A stretch of DNA of 64,000 nt, taken from contig CAXXMV010000002.1 in NCBI GenBank assembly GCA_963662285.2, forward strand, positions 576,001 through 640,000, given 5' to 3'. Made by a program: the position numbers and the translations under genes. Origin of the DNA: a bacterium (GTDB lineage: Bacteria > Hinthialibacterota > Hinthialibacteria > Hinthialibacterales > Hinthialibacteraceae). Positions 9,870-20,744 of this stretch are shown here, one piece after another. Under the pieces are notes generated by a model. That model had not been told where the DNA came from and made no database searches. It saw only the letters and a program-made list of their open reading frames with translations. Position 1 is the stretch's first letter. Every line of letters begins with the position of its first letter.

Positions 9870-11685
9870 TTAGAAGAGTTCCCACCCGGCAACATCGGTG
9901 AAGATATCCAATGTTTGAATGGTAAAGTAATCATATTCTGCAATATTGAAATTCTCAGCGCCCCAGTTTTTGGCGAAGATTCCAATGCGGGTTGCCTGAC
10001 GATTCTCCACAATTGGAGCGCCAACCAACTGCCACGATGAACCTGGCAACTGAGCGCTGAAGATCAACTCTCCATCGCGTCTGGTTACAGCAATCTTGGC
10101 CGTGATTACACCCTGTAACAAGAGTTCATCGATCCAATCAAACTCATTAGTAAATTCATGATAATCAAGGACGCCCAACGCGCCCTTATTGGTTAACTCA
10201 ACGCGTAAATCTGACGCATAGAATCCGAGGAGATACTCATCTCCAGTTACATTGGCATCATCACCTTGATTGTACGATACGACCAAACCAACGTGATATT
10301 CAATCCAGGAAAGAGCATCCATCAAAGTCAATTCAGTCTCTATACGCCAATCACCCTCAGGAATATCCGTACGCAGGATCATGGGGGCGCGGCGTCCATT
10401 GCTCCATTCATTGAACTTTTCAGGAGTGGAAACCGTATCAATCTCAACAGACAATTTTCCATCAGCTGTCGAAATCATAACGCCGTCTTCATAATCTGCG
10501 CTTAAGGCCGGATCGCTGCCATATTCAACAAACCAGGGATCAGCCAGATCGCTATCGAAATCGTCTTTCTTCTCATCTGTCGGGGCGCCAAACAACCAGA
10601 CTTCATTGGTCACGCTGCCATCGCCATGCACTGTATCCGCCAAAGGCAATCCAGTATCGCATAAACCGTTGAACATTAGGTATTTCAGTCCTTCAGGCGT
10701 ACCTAAGGTATACTGAACTGTTTGGGAATTGGTTGTTGGATCAACTTTGAATAACAGGTGGTTGCCAACTAACTCTCCGCCGCCCAGATCAGTAACTTCA
10801 ACGCCAGCAGGAATAACTTCATCAATAAAGGCGGTATAAGAACCATAAAGGGCTTCTGCGGATAACGAAACGGTTAAATCATCACCAGCGTTAAAGAATC
10901 CATCCGCTGTTAATGAACGCTCGACGCGGCCAATTCCTTTTACCCGAACCACTTCCATGCGACCAATATCTTCAACTACATTCGCCCCTGGCATGGCCAG
11001 AACTATCGAATGCACGCCGCCGCTCACTTCAAATGGTCCAACAGTATAGAAATAATACGCATTAAAGTCCGTACCAGCCGCTTCGAAGACGCCCTTGAAT
11101 TTATTGTCGACATATAGATCGACTTCACAATCGCCATTACCCCAAGTATTGATGCTCAAATTCAGGAGAAGAACCTGATCGCCTTCACCCAAATCAAAAG
11201 TATATCGTAACCAGTCACCTGGAGTGACTTTATCACCGCCGATTCCAGCGCCAGTGTCACTGGCCCCTTTCTCGAAGGTCATTTCATCCATATCGCGGTA
11301 ATCACCTAAACTATAGTTCTCATCATCTTTTGGAACTCCAGGATTCGCAAAGTGGAAATCCGCACCAGCTGGAAAGACGAATTCTGCATCAAAAGCAGGA
11401 GCTTCACCGCCTCCGGGACGTTCATAAACTGTGTCTGAAGGGATTCCATCCATGCCTTGGGTATATCGCTCTCCTAAAGCAAACTCTGTCGGATAATTCT
11501 TGCCATCCACCGGGCTGCCGCTGAAGTCATAATCGATGCATTCACGATATAGATATGGCAACAAAATAGCTATCGCTGTATCGCCGGCAATACGCTCTTC
11601 GCCGCCGCCGGAGTCAACGCTGCCTGAAAAACCTGCAACGCGCTTAAGAATCAAGCGGGGTGGTATCGCGTCATAGGTCAACGTT
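9870..11685 (-). pseudogene. 3' part of IS-interrupted paralog of the 6393-9692 protein
   Basis: Collinear with the C-terminal ~600 aa of the neighbour; joins in frame to 14015-15470 after IS removal (..SETVT-LTYDAIPPR..). Confidence 0.9.
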
Positions 11686-14014
11686 CAGACCTCCTGAGCT
11701 CACCCGTGGTTTGCGGTTCTCGCGGGATTTTGTTAGGATACTGGAGGGAAGGCCAATCCTGCAGAGTATGAGGGAGTTAAAAAAATGCCGCAGACCTTAT
11801 TACCTCTATTCGCATCAGGCGAAGGATTCATATCCGAGTTGATTTCCTATCAAAAAAAAGATGGATCGGTGTACTACTTTCATGCCGGATTACCGGTTTT
11901 CAGTCATGGGGAAACCGACCTTAAAAGTTTTCGCATGTTCACCAGCCAGTTGGCGGTCAGTGGAGTCTGCCGCCAAGTTGACATCGTTAGAGCCTTTGGC
12001 ATCAGCGCCATCAGTATGAAGCGATGGGTCAAGAAATACCGCGAGGAAGGCCCGGAAGCATTCTTCAAAACTCCGCGCCGACGCAGCGAACATGTCCTGA
12101 CGCCGGAGGTGTTGCAAAAAACCCAAGACCTCTTATCGCAGGGCGTGAGCCGTTCCGAAGCAGCGAAGCAAATGAATCTAAAATCGAATACCTTGTCGAA
12201 GGCGATCTGCGCAGGCCGCTTGACCGAACCGGTAAAAAAAAAGACCTGAACGGCAGCAACAAAAGCCAGCGCAGCGCGGCGGATCATGCCGCTCCCATGG
12301 GGATGGGATGTACGCGGGTCGTGGAGCGGGTCTGCGCGGCGACGGGGCAACTCAGCGAAGCGCCCACCCGTTTCGAGACCTCGCTGGACGTCTGCAATGG
12401 CGGCGTGCTTTGGGCGCTGCCGGCGTTATCGGCCAATGGATTGTTGACCAAAACAGAAGCCTTGTTCTCCCTGCCCAAAGGTTATTATTCCTGCATTCAT
12501 ATTTTCCTGCTGTTAGCTTTCATGGCCTTGATCCGGATCAAGACCAACGAACAGTTGCGCTATTTTCCGGCGGGAGAAGGGGGCAAATGGCTGGGATTGG
12601 ATCGAATCCCCGAAGTGCGGACCTTGCGGGAAAAGATCAAAATCCTGGCGGCGCCCGAATCGGTCGCGCAATGGAGCCGCATCTTGTCACGGCATTGGAT
12701 GGATAACAATCCAGAGGCGGCGGGAGTTCTGTATATCGATGGACACGTACGCGTCTATCACGGCTCGCAAACTCCGCTCCCCAAACGGTACGTGGCGCGC
12801 GACCGCTTGTGCATGCGGGGCACGACCGACTATTGGGTAAACGATCAGCAGGGCGATCCGTTCTTCGTGGTGAGCACGCCGTTCACCGCGGGATTGCTGG
12901 ATATGTTGAAACGCGAGATCGCGCCGCAACTGCTGCAGGATGTTCCCAACCAGCCCAGCCCGCAACAACTCGAAGCGAATCCTTATTGCCATCGGTTTGT
13001 CATGATCTTTGACCGTGAGGGATACAGCCCAACCTTCTTCGCGGAGATGCGGACGCTCCGCATCGCCTGCCAAACCTACAACAAGTATCCCAAAGAAGAT
13101 TGGCCGGAAGCGGAATTCACCGAGGTCAATGTGGAGATGCCCGGCGGCCATTCATCACGCATGAAATTGGCTGAACGAGGGGTGTTCCTGGGCCGGGTTT
13201 TGTGGGTGAGGGAAATCCGGAAACTCACAGAAAGCGGTCACCAAACCTCGGTGATCAGTACGGATTACACCTCTGATTTCACCCGTATTGCGGCGCATAT
13301 GTTCTCGCGATGGTCACAGGAAAACTTTTTCCGTTATATGATGCAACACTATGGAATTGATCGGCTTATCGACTACGATCTCGTCAAGCCGGATGATACC
13401 GTGAAAGTGGTCAATCCCGCCTATCGTTCTTTGGAAGGCCGGATAAAAAAACAAGCGGGACGATTGGGAAGAAAGAAGGCGGAGTTTGGAACTTTGGCGC
13501 TGACGGAATCCCAGGTGGAGGAGAAAGATATCTTATCCTTTGAACAAAAAAAGGGGGAAATCAAAGAAGATATCGAGCAGTTGGAGCATGAACTGGCCGG
13601 GATGAAGGAGGAACGTAAAACGGTTGACAAGCACTTGCCGCTTAATCAACTGCCGGAGCCGGAACGGTTTTTGCAACTCGCTCCGACGCGCAAACAATTT
13701 CTCGATGCGATTAAAATGATCGCCTATCGGGCGGAGACGGCCATGGCGATGATTGTGCGAACAAAATTGGCCCGAAGCGACGATGCCCGCTCATTGATCC
13801 GGGAAATATTTGCGACGGAAGCGGATCTCATTCCGGATGAGGAAAACAAAACCTTAACGGTGCAGTTGCACCATTTGACCAACCACCTATCGGATCAAGC
13901 CGCCCGCAACTTAGCAGCGAATCTCAACGCCACAGAAACCATCTACCCCGGCACGGAATTGCGACTAATCTACAAACTGGTATCGGATGAAATTCCACCA
14001 GATCAGGAGGTCTG
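11686..14014 (+). mobile_element. Insertion sequence (2329 bp), DDE type, family unassigned
   Basis: Terminal inverted repeats CAGACCTCCTGA / TCAGGAGGTCTG; direct repeat ACGTT at 11681-11685 and 14015-14019; visibly GC-richer than the flanks; interrupts a gene. Confidence 0.93.
11785..12249 (+). CDS. IS OrfA, helix-turn-helix domain (transposase N-terminus)
   Basis: HTH-like QVDIVRAFGISAISMKRWVKKYREEG; ends just after an A9G run. Confidence 0.85.
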   Translation: MPQTLLPLFASGEGFISELISYQKKDGSVYYFHAGLPVFSHGETDLKSFRMFTSQLAVSGVCRQVDIVRAFGISAISMKRWVKKYREEGPEAFFKTPRRRSEHVLTPEVLQKTQDLLSQGVSRSEAAKQMNLKSNTLSKAICAGRLTEPVKKKT

Positions 14015-14015
14015 A
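12234..14015 (+). CDS. IS OrfB, DDE transposase catalytic region (likely fused to OrfA by -1 frameshift)
   Basis: YIDGH, IFDREG and RWSQENFF triad-like motifs; -1 frame relative to OrfA (ORF track 12024-14015). Confidence 0.85.
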   Translation, partial: KKKDLNGSNKSQRSAADHAAPMGMGCTRVVERVCAATGQLSEAPTRFETSLDVCNGGVLWALPALSANGLLTKTEALFSLPKGYYSCIHIFLLLAFMALIRIKTNEQLRYFPAGEGGKWLGLDRIPEVRTLREKIKILAAPESVAQWSRILSRHWMDNNPEAAGVLYIDGHVRVYHGSQTPLPKRYVARDRLCMRGTTDYWVNDQQGDPFFVVSTPFTAGLLDMLKREIAPQLLQDVPNQPSPQQLEANPYCHRFVMIFDREGYSPTFFAEMRTLRIACQTYNKYPKEDWPEAEFTEVNVEMPGGHSSRMKLAERGVFLGRVLWVREIRKLTESGHQTSVISTDYTSDFTRIAAHMFSRWSQENFFRYMMQHYGIDRLIDYDLVKPDDTVKVVNPAYRSLEGRIKKQAGRLGRKKAEFGTLALTESQVEEKDILSFEQKKGEIKEDIEQLEHELAGMKEERKTVDKHLPLNQLPEPERFLQLAPTRKQFLDAIKMIAYRAETAMAMIVRTKLARSDDARSLIREIFATEADLIPDEENKTLTVQLHHLTNHLSDQAARNLAANLNATETIYPGTELRLIYKLVSDEIPPDQEV

Positions 14016-15470
14016 CGTTACGGTTTCAGATTGATTGGTAAACGACCAGATAACATTGCCATTACTCACAACGCCGCCATTAGAAATATTGGCTACGCTC
14101 CAACCTTCGGGGATGCCTTCTATGATTGTCAGAGAAGGAATATTGCCTGTTACCGTCATCTGAAGAGTGATTGGAACAGCGGTATCAGGTTCAAAGATTG
14201 CAGCGCCAATAGCGCGTTCAACAATTGCTCTGTTATCAGAAAGACCCGTCACCTCAAAATTATCAATATAATGAGCTGATGAAGCGCCGCTATCGAGATT
14301 GTTGCCTAGTTGAACATACCTGGGGCCATCACCGAAGGGAACATCAATATCACGTTCGTCGACTTTGATCCATCCGCCTTCTCCTCGATCCTTATAAAGG
14401 AAGACCACATGGTCGCCAGTCACTTCAAAACGCAATCTGTGTGGTGGAGATCCGATAGGCAGATTGGCATTAAATGGACCTTCGCTGGGAATGGTATCCG
14501 AGAGATTGTAATAATGTGAGTTTTCACGAAGGAAATAGTTACGGCGTTCGATGCTTTCTCCAGGTTTAACTAAAGGCCAGACGGAAAACCGGCTGTTGAC
14601 ATTTTCAGGATGGAAGAAATCGAACTCCATGACAAAGTTCATGGGAAGTTCTTTATCCAACCGAATCCACTGGTTGCCGCCATTAACCCATTCGATGTGA
14701 CCATTAACCGCCTGAGCAGTAACTCCACCAAATTCAACCCATTCCGGCCATGCTTCCCAGGGTACAGTGCTGCTGGGATTATCGAAATTATTGCTGTAAT
14801 GAAAGAGGTTTTCTTCCAGATAACTCACAACGATATTATCTACATAGTGTGTTCCGATATTGCCTCCATCATCGTTGTAACCCAACTGGATATAACGGTT
14901 TTCTCCGTCAAACGCAGGAAAATCACGCTCATCGATCAGAATCCAGCCGCCTTCACCTTGATCCTTGTACAGGAAAACCACATGGTCGCCAGTCACTTCA
15001 AAACGCAAACGATGTGGATTTGATCCTATAGGAAGAGTAAGGTCTCTCGGTCCCTCACTTGGTATCGTATCCGCCAAATTATAGTAATGAGTATTGGCGC
15101 GCATAAAATAATTATGCCGATCAGCGATGCTTTCATTTTCATCGCATAATGGCCAAAATGAAAAACGCCCATTTACATCCTCTTGATAGAAGAAATCCAA
15201 CTCGACGGTATATTCTTGAGGCAGGGGCATATCCAACCGGATCCAGTCGTTGTTATCCCCACTGCCATACCATTCCAACCGGCCATTGATCGCATGGCAA
15301 TCAGTATCTGCAGCGAATTTTATCCATTCAGGATAAGCTTCCTGAACATCTTCGCTGCTCGGATTCTCGAAGTCATTGCTGTATTGAACCGCGGCTTCAG
15401 TTGAAACAACCGAAAAGGCCCAAATAGCAAGACATGCTAACAAATACACCGAAATTCTTTTACTACGCAT
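14015..15470 (-). pseudogene. 5' part of IS-interrupted secreted multidomain protein
   Basis: Signal peptide MRSKRISVYLLACLAIWAFSVVSTEA and the same two tandem repeats as the paralog; homology stops at the IS end. Confidence 0.9.
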
Positions 15471-15672
15471 AATCTACCTCCCATTTAATTAAATAAATCA
15501 ATCAATATGTAATACACCCTAATACAGCTTGGTATCATATAAAATTAAATAACTCCGTGTCAACTATCAACTCATAAATAACCTTAACAAATCACCCAAA
15601 ACTATTTACAATCATCAAAAATGATTGATAATGAAAATAGCAAAGATTTTTGTAAAAGAAAAGGATAATATA

Positions 15673-16458
15673 GTGCTACAGGAAGAACGATACGAGAAAA
15701 TATTAAACCTATTGTCCGACAGGAATCATTTAACGGTTGATAATGTCAAAGAATCTCTAGGGATAAGCCCATCTACGGTACGGCGTGATTTCCGTACTCT
15801 GGTTGAGCGAAATCTGGTGAAACGTTCGCGGGGTGGAATAAGCCAATTAACAAGCGGAAAAGAAGATGGCAATATGCCATTCGAACTGCGTCAGATCACC
15901 CATGCAGATGAAAAACAGTTATTAGCAAAACAAGCTGTATCATTATTACAGCCAAACGATACTTTGTTCATTGATGGAGGAACCACTACGCTGCAAATGA
16001 TCCGGTACCTGCCTCATTTTCCTCTGACAGTAGTATCGAATTCGCTTCCCCATGTTTCAGCAATGATCGAGAATCGCTCCAAGAATCCGCAACTTGAAAT
16101 ATATACCGCCGGAGGATATGTCTACGTCCCCTGGCATGTCAACCTTGGGCCGCAAACCAGATATTGCCTATCGCAGTATCATGCCAAATACGCATTTTTA
16201 TCGGGCAGGGGCATTGATGAGATTGGCGCCTATAATCATAACGAACTGGTTGTTGAAACCGAGCGAACCATGATGGCCAATGCTGATAAAGTGGTTTTCA
16301 TCATGGATCACTCGAAAATCGGACAACGATCTATGAGTTTTCTATGCACGCTGAATGAGATCGATATTTTGATAACGAGTACTAATTGTATAAATCGAAG
16401 TCTATTAGATAAATTAAATGAAGCAAAAGTCAAAGTAATAATCGTCGATCTTGCTTAG
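15673..16458 (+). CDS. DeoR/GlpR family transcriptional regulator
   Basis: ISPSTVRRDF HTH, LFIDGGTTT and DHSKIG motifs. GTG start after AAGGA chosen (ORF track gives 15625). Confidence 0.92.
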   Translation: MLQEERYEKILNLLSDRNHLTVDNVKESLGISPSTVRRDFRTLVERNLVKRSRGGISQLTSGKEDGNMPFELRQITHADEKQLLAKQAVSLLQPNDTLFIDGGTTTLQMIRYLPHFPLTVVSNSLPHVSAMIENRSKNPQLEIYTAGGYVYVPWHVNLGPQTRYCLSQYHAKYAFLSGRGIDEIGAYNHNELVVETERTMMANADKVVFIMDHSKIGQRSMSFLCTLNEIDILITSTNCINRSLLDKLNEAKVKVIIVDLA

Positions 16459-16494
16459 CGCGCCTTGCCTATCAGGATCGAAATTGAGCGCATA

Positions 16495-17955
16495 TTACTC
16501 GCTCCAGCTGAAGGCGAAGTCGAGAACATTGGCGCCCGCCATTGAGACTCGTTTGAATTCTTCCCAGCTATCGATGCGACGCACCCATTTCCAGACATAA
16601 CTAGGACGAAGGTAGAATTTCCGGTAAATGCGGCGGATATTATTGGATAATTCGTCGTTGGTTAAATCGGTAAAGAATTGATTAAAGAAAGCATCGGTAT
16701 GCAAACGGCTGATATCCATCTGGCTGCCATCGCCGATATCGGGATGGACTTTCGCCACTTCATTAAACAATGGAGTACCTGGATATGGCGTGGTTATTCC
16801 GAAAGTGATAATAGTCGGATCGATATCAAGGATGAACTTGATGGTTCGTTCAATGGTTTCCTTGGTCTCACCGGGACTGCCGATAATGCAATGAGCATGA
16901 GTATCCAGTTTATATTTATGGCAAAGTTCCATGGCTCGCCGCGTCTCTTCGACGGTAATATCCTTGCGAACGTTATCCAGAATTTCCTGGGCGCCCGATT
17001 CAACGCCAAAGCGTAATAAATGGCAGCCGGCGTCTTTCATGGCCAATAAAATTTCATCATCTACATTATTGACGCGGGAACTGCATATCCAGGTCAAATC
17101 GAGTTTGCGATCCTTGATGCCCTGACATATTTCCAGGACGCGCTTTTTCGAAGCAGTAAACAATTCATCGCGGAAGAATATTTCACGGTATCCGAGGTTC
17201 TGGCAATATTCCATCTCATCCACAACCTTTTCGGCGCTGCGGAAGCGTACTTTATCACCATAAAATACCGGGGAAGTGCAATACGTACATTTAGCCGTAC
17301 AGCCGCGGGTGGTAAACATGGTTGTAAACGGCATACGTTTTACAATAGGATTAAAGTAATCAACATCCTGAGGCAGCATGGTGCGATCAGCAAAAGGAAG
17401 ATCATCCAGGCTTTTTATCATAGGAGCAGGAGGGTTGATAACCACTTCGCCCTTTTCATCTTTGTAACCAATGCCCAGCACGTCTTTATAAGCGTCGCCG
17501 CCTTTTGCGAGGGCATTGACCAAATCGAGGACGATAGCTTCCTGTTCACGCATAACGATAAAATCGATGCCGTCGCGTGAAATAGTCGACCGGGGCATAA
17601 AAGTAGGCTGTGATCCAGTAACGATGGTTTTTAACCCGGGATGCGCATTTTTAAGATCAAGCAGAATTTCTGCATCTTCGACAACAGTCATAGTCGAAGT
17701 CAGCATTTGACAGACATCATATTTTTCTCTGGCCACTAATTGTTTGACATCTTCAATAGACATATCAAGCGCTGCGCCGTCAAGCAAATGGGCGTCGTGG
17801 CCAGCTTCTTTTAATACAGTACATACCAGCAATTGGGAAACAGATGGGAATTGGATTCCGGCAATTCGTTTTCCTTTACACCAGCATCCATATACCAAAT
17901 CCCTGGCAACATTCTTACTGTGTTTACTTGCTGGAATAAGCGTCAGGGTCTTCAT
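16495..17955 (-). CDS. Cobalamin-binding radical SAM protein
   Basis: TRGCTAKCTYC (CxxxCxxC), N-terminal B12-binding-like domain, FGVESG and TPYPGTP. Confidence 0.9.
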   Translation of the reverse strand: MKTLTLIPASKHSKNVARDLVYGCWCKGKRIAGIQFPSVSQLLVCTVLKEAGHDAHLLDGAALDMSIEDVKQLVAREKYDVCQMLTSTMTVVEDAEILLDLKNAHPGLKTIVTGSQPTFMPRSTISRDGIDFIVMREQEAIVLDLVNALAKGGDAYKDVLGIGYKDEKGEVVINPPAPMIKSLDDLPFADRTMLPQDVDYFNPIVKRMPFTTMFTTRGCTAKCTYCTSPVFYGDKVRFRSAEKVVDEMEYCQNLGYREIFFRDELFTASKKRVLEICQGIKDRKLDLTWICSSRVNNVDDEILLAMKDAGCHLLRFGVESGAQEILDNVRKDITVEETRRAMELCHKYKLDTHAHCIIGSPGETKETIERTIKFILDIDPTIITFGITTPYPGTPLFNEVAKVHPDIGDGSQMDISRLHTDAFFNQFFTDLTNDELSNNIRRIYRKFYLRPSYVWKWVRRIDSWEEFKRVSMAGANVLDFAFSWSE

Positions 17956-18441
17956 GTTTGAAATTCTCCTAAAAAACCGCCGTAAAAATCGGCGTTCCGT
18001 AAAAGATAGTAAAAGTTTAAGTTTTGTTTCAGTTTCGATTTAACCTAAATCAATTTTAAACAATTTTCTTATAAAACAAAGTAAATGGGCTGAATCTTTC
18101 ACTGCAATGGTCGAATCATTCCACTAAATAGCATTCGCAAATCATATAGAAGATACAATAGTTATGAATAAAATGTAATCCCTGGTAAAGTTAGAATCTG
18201 ATTAAGTGGAACAAACGTAACAGCATTTAAGAAAACGCAAAAAGGCGATTTCCTGATAGATCGCATCAATGCGGCCATAAAATCGGGCGAAAAATTCTTA
18301 AATACTGTTAAATCATGCGGTTGTTTAATAACTAAACTAGTGGCATATGGCAGTTCCCGAATGCGTTTCAAAAAAAGCCTGGTTAGATAGTCTTTTTTAA
18401 AGATAAAACTATTGCCAACAGGCATAATCATCAGAACTGCT

Positions 18442-19335
18442 TTATTCATTGCGGGAACGCCCCTGAGCAACAATAAGATCAGCCAGCAGCCCCATCATCC
18501 CGATAAGAATGCCGCCTAGGGTAAGTATTATGTCGCCTTCCTGTAATCCTCCAATAGATTTATAACTGTATATACTGCGCATTACGCCAGTGCCGCAAGC
18601 CAGGAATGAAAGAGGCAGAAATACTCGTAATGGGTTGAAATACATAACCATACGAATAACGGTAGCCAAGTACTTACTAGTATCTTTAATGGGATGGAAT
18701 TTAGATTCTCCAATTCGTTTATGGTATTTCGATGGAACCCATGTAACAGCGTAACCATTGCATAAAAAAGCCAGTGTCATGGTTGTGACGCAGGAAAAGC
18801 CTTCAGGCATAACCCACAGGTATTTCAACATTACGCTTCTTTTGAATGCCTTCAATCCGGTGTTCAAATCCGGGATTTTGACGCCGGAGAGATAAATGGC
18901 CAATTTACGAATAAACCATTTGGCGGGAACCCGTAACAATTTCATGGTTCCTTCTTCGGAAGTTCGGGCGCCATTAACCTGATCCCATTCGGGCAGCATA
19001 TCGAGCATTATGGGGATATCAGCCGCAGTATAAGTCCCGTCGGCGTCAAGCATGGCGATAAATTCGCCTTTGGCTTCACGAATGCCTGTTTTACGGGAGG
19101 CGCCTGATCCGCCATTTATTTTTCGCTGAACCACGCGAACTTTGAGGTCTTGGGCGATTTTCACAGTAGCGTCTGAGGAGCAATCATCAACCACTAAAAT
19201 CTCATAGGCATAAGAGGTTGCATTCATGGCAGCGCGAACATCGTTGATTACCGGGCCAATCGCCTCTTCTTCGTTATAACTGGGGATAACAATACTAACT
19301 TCGATTTGGGCGCCTGAGTCATACAATTCCGGCAT
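18442..19335 (-). CDS. Glycosyltransferase family 2
   Basis: IVIPSYNEE, VVDDCSSD, DADGTY and PDLNTG motifs; two C-terminal TM helices. Confidence 0.9.
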   Translation of the reverse strand: MPELYDSGAQIEVSIVIPSYNEEEAIGPVINDVRAAMNATSYAYEILVVDDCSSDATVKIAQDLKVRVVQRKINGGSGASRKTGIREAKGEFIAMLDADGTYTAADIPIMLDMLPEWDQVNGARTSEEGTMKLLRVPAKWFIRKLAIYLSGVKIPDLNTGLKAFKRSVMLKYLWVMPEGFSCVTTMTLAFLCNGYAVTWVPSKYHKRIGESKFHPIKDTSKYLATVIRMVMYFNPLRVFLPLSFLACGTGVMRSIYSYKSIGGLQEGDIILTLGGILIGMMGLLADLIVAQGRSRNE

Positions 19336-19455
19336 GAAACTATCCTTTCAAAAGAAAACAAAAGTTTTTCTGTATATGCAATGTGGAATACTACGTTTTG
19401 CATCTGAATATGTCACTAGAGTAGGACCAGTTTTTTTTGTCAGGTAGTTTTCTAT

Positions 19456-19515
19456 AATTCACCCTCACCCTAGCCTGCTCCCGGAGGGAGAGGGGACGAG
19501 GTCGCCCGACATAAT
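19456..19515. repeat. ~60-bp dispersed intergenic repeat (copy 1)
   Basis: Reverse complement matches 51362-51418 (attatgtcgggcgac...gtcccctctccc...gggtgaggg). Confidence 0.75.
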
Positions 19516-19596
19516 AAGGTGGTCAGCGTACTAGAGTATTGTCATTTTTCCCCTTCTGTATGGCCGGTCAACCTCCAGAATTGATAATATCATATA

Positions 19597-20286
19597 TTAA
19601 GAGTCCTGCGGGGAAGAAAAAAAGCGTCGCGCCATATAAAATAGAACGATCAGCCAATTTCGCAAAGTAGTGCGGATAAATCCATATTTCCAATGGCGGG
19701 AAGATATAAGTACCGGGCAATCAATATATAGGAGCGGACCAATTTTGCGAAGTCGAAGAGAGAGTTCCACATCTTCCAGGGATTCCTGGTGAGGAAACTC
19801 AAAATGGTCATTAATGGCTATAGGTCGAAAGAATTGAGCCTGGTCTCCATAGGGGAGATGAAAAAACCGGGCGCGAAAGTTGTTGCCCCACTCAATCAGG
19901 CGATAACATAATCCCACTTCATCAATATGGTGTCCCAAAACTCCACCGGGAGAATTCGGGGATTGAGATAATTTTATTAATAGGGTTTGCCGGGTATTAG
20001 GCGCCACGACCATATCGGCGTGAAGAATCATTATGGCGTCAAAAATCTTCTCGGACGCCCGGAGGTCATTTATCCCAAATTCGACTGCGCGTCCACGAGA
20101 AGAAGATATGGTATGAATCACTCGAAAACCCATTTGACGGGCAATGAGAGCAGTATCATCCTTAGAGGCGGCGTCTATAACTAACACCTCATCGCCTTGA
20201 TCGAGAAAAGGTTGCAGGCTCTTCAGGCAAGCAGGCAATAGTTCTTCTTCATTATGAGCAGGGATTACAATGCCAATGAAAGACAT
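19597..20286 (-). CDS. Glycosyltransferase family 2 (TIGR04283-like)
   Basis: IPAHNEE, LHAD, LPYGDQAQF, EDVELSLRL and SSRHW motifs. Confidence 0.82.
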   Translation of the reverse strand: MSFIGIVIPAHNEEELLPACLKSLQPFLDQGDEVLVIDAASKDDTALIARQMGFRVIHTISSSRGRAVEFGINDLRASEKIFDAIMILHADMVVAPNTRQTLLIKLSQSPNSPGGVLGHHIDEVGLCYRLIEWGNNFRARFFHLPYGDQAQFFRPIAINDHFEFPHQESLEDVELSLRLRKIGPLLYIDCPVLISSRHWKYGFIRTTLRNWLIVLFYMARRFFSSPQDS

Positions 20287-20744
20287 CGATAATCAACTTT
20301 CTTGAGATATTTAGTATGCTTAAAAAATTACGCGACATTTTGAAAAAACGAATATGCATGTTTATACAAGACTTTCTATAAGTCAATTATTATCAGAAAA
20401 GTCAACCGCTTTTAAAATGCCCTTTGTTTGGTAATCATATAAAAAATGCACAACTAAAACATCTGCTATTTTATCATTATAAAATAGGTTATAATATATA
20501 TTAGAGAAGCGACATTAAATAGTGATATTCATGTGTCTTATGGTGTTGTATTTTATAGAATTGGATAAACCGCAAACACAAACATAATCCACAGGAGGAT
20601 GGGATCATTCGTCAAAAGTCAGAAGAATCCGCGAAATCAGAGGTCGCTCTTATTCTAGAATTCATCGGTTATCGAAACCTAACAATTATAGGTTTCCTGG
20701 GCAGCGTCTATTTTGTTTCCGGTTTCAAAAATTATATTGATGGG

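Noticed and set aside
15490-15630. aatca/tgatt repeats as DeoR operators
   Set aside because: Short and low-complexity within an AT-rich region; not distinguishable from background by eye.
18162-18473. 103-aa minus-strand ORF downstream of the GT2 gene
   Set aside because: AT-rich, no recognisable motif, overlaps the upstream gene end; cannot be supported as a gene.
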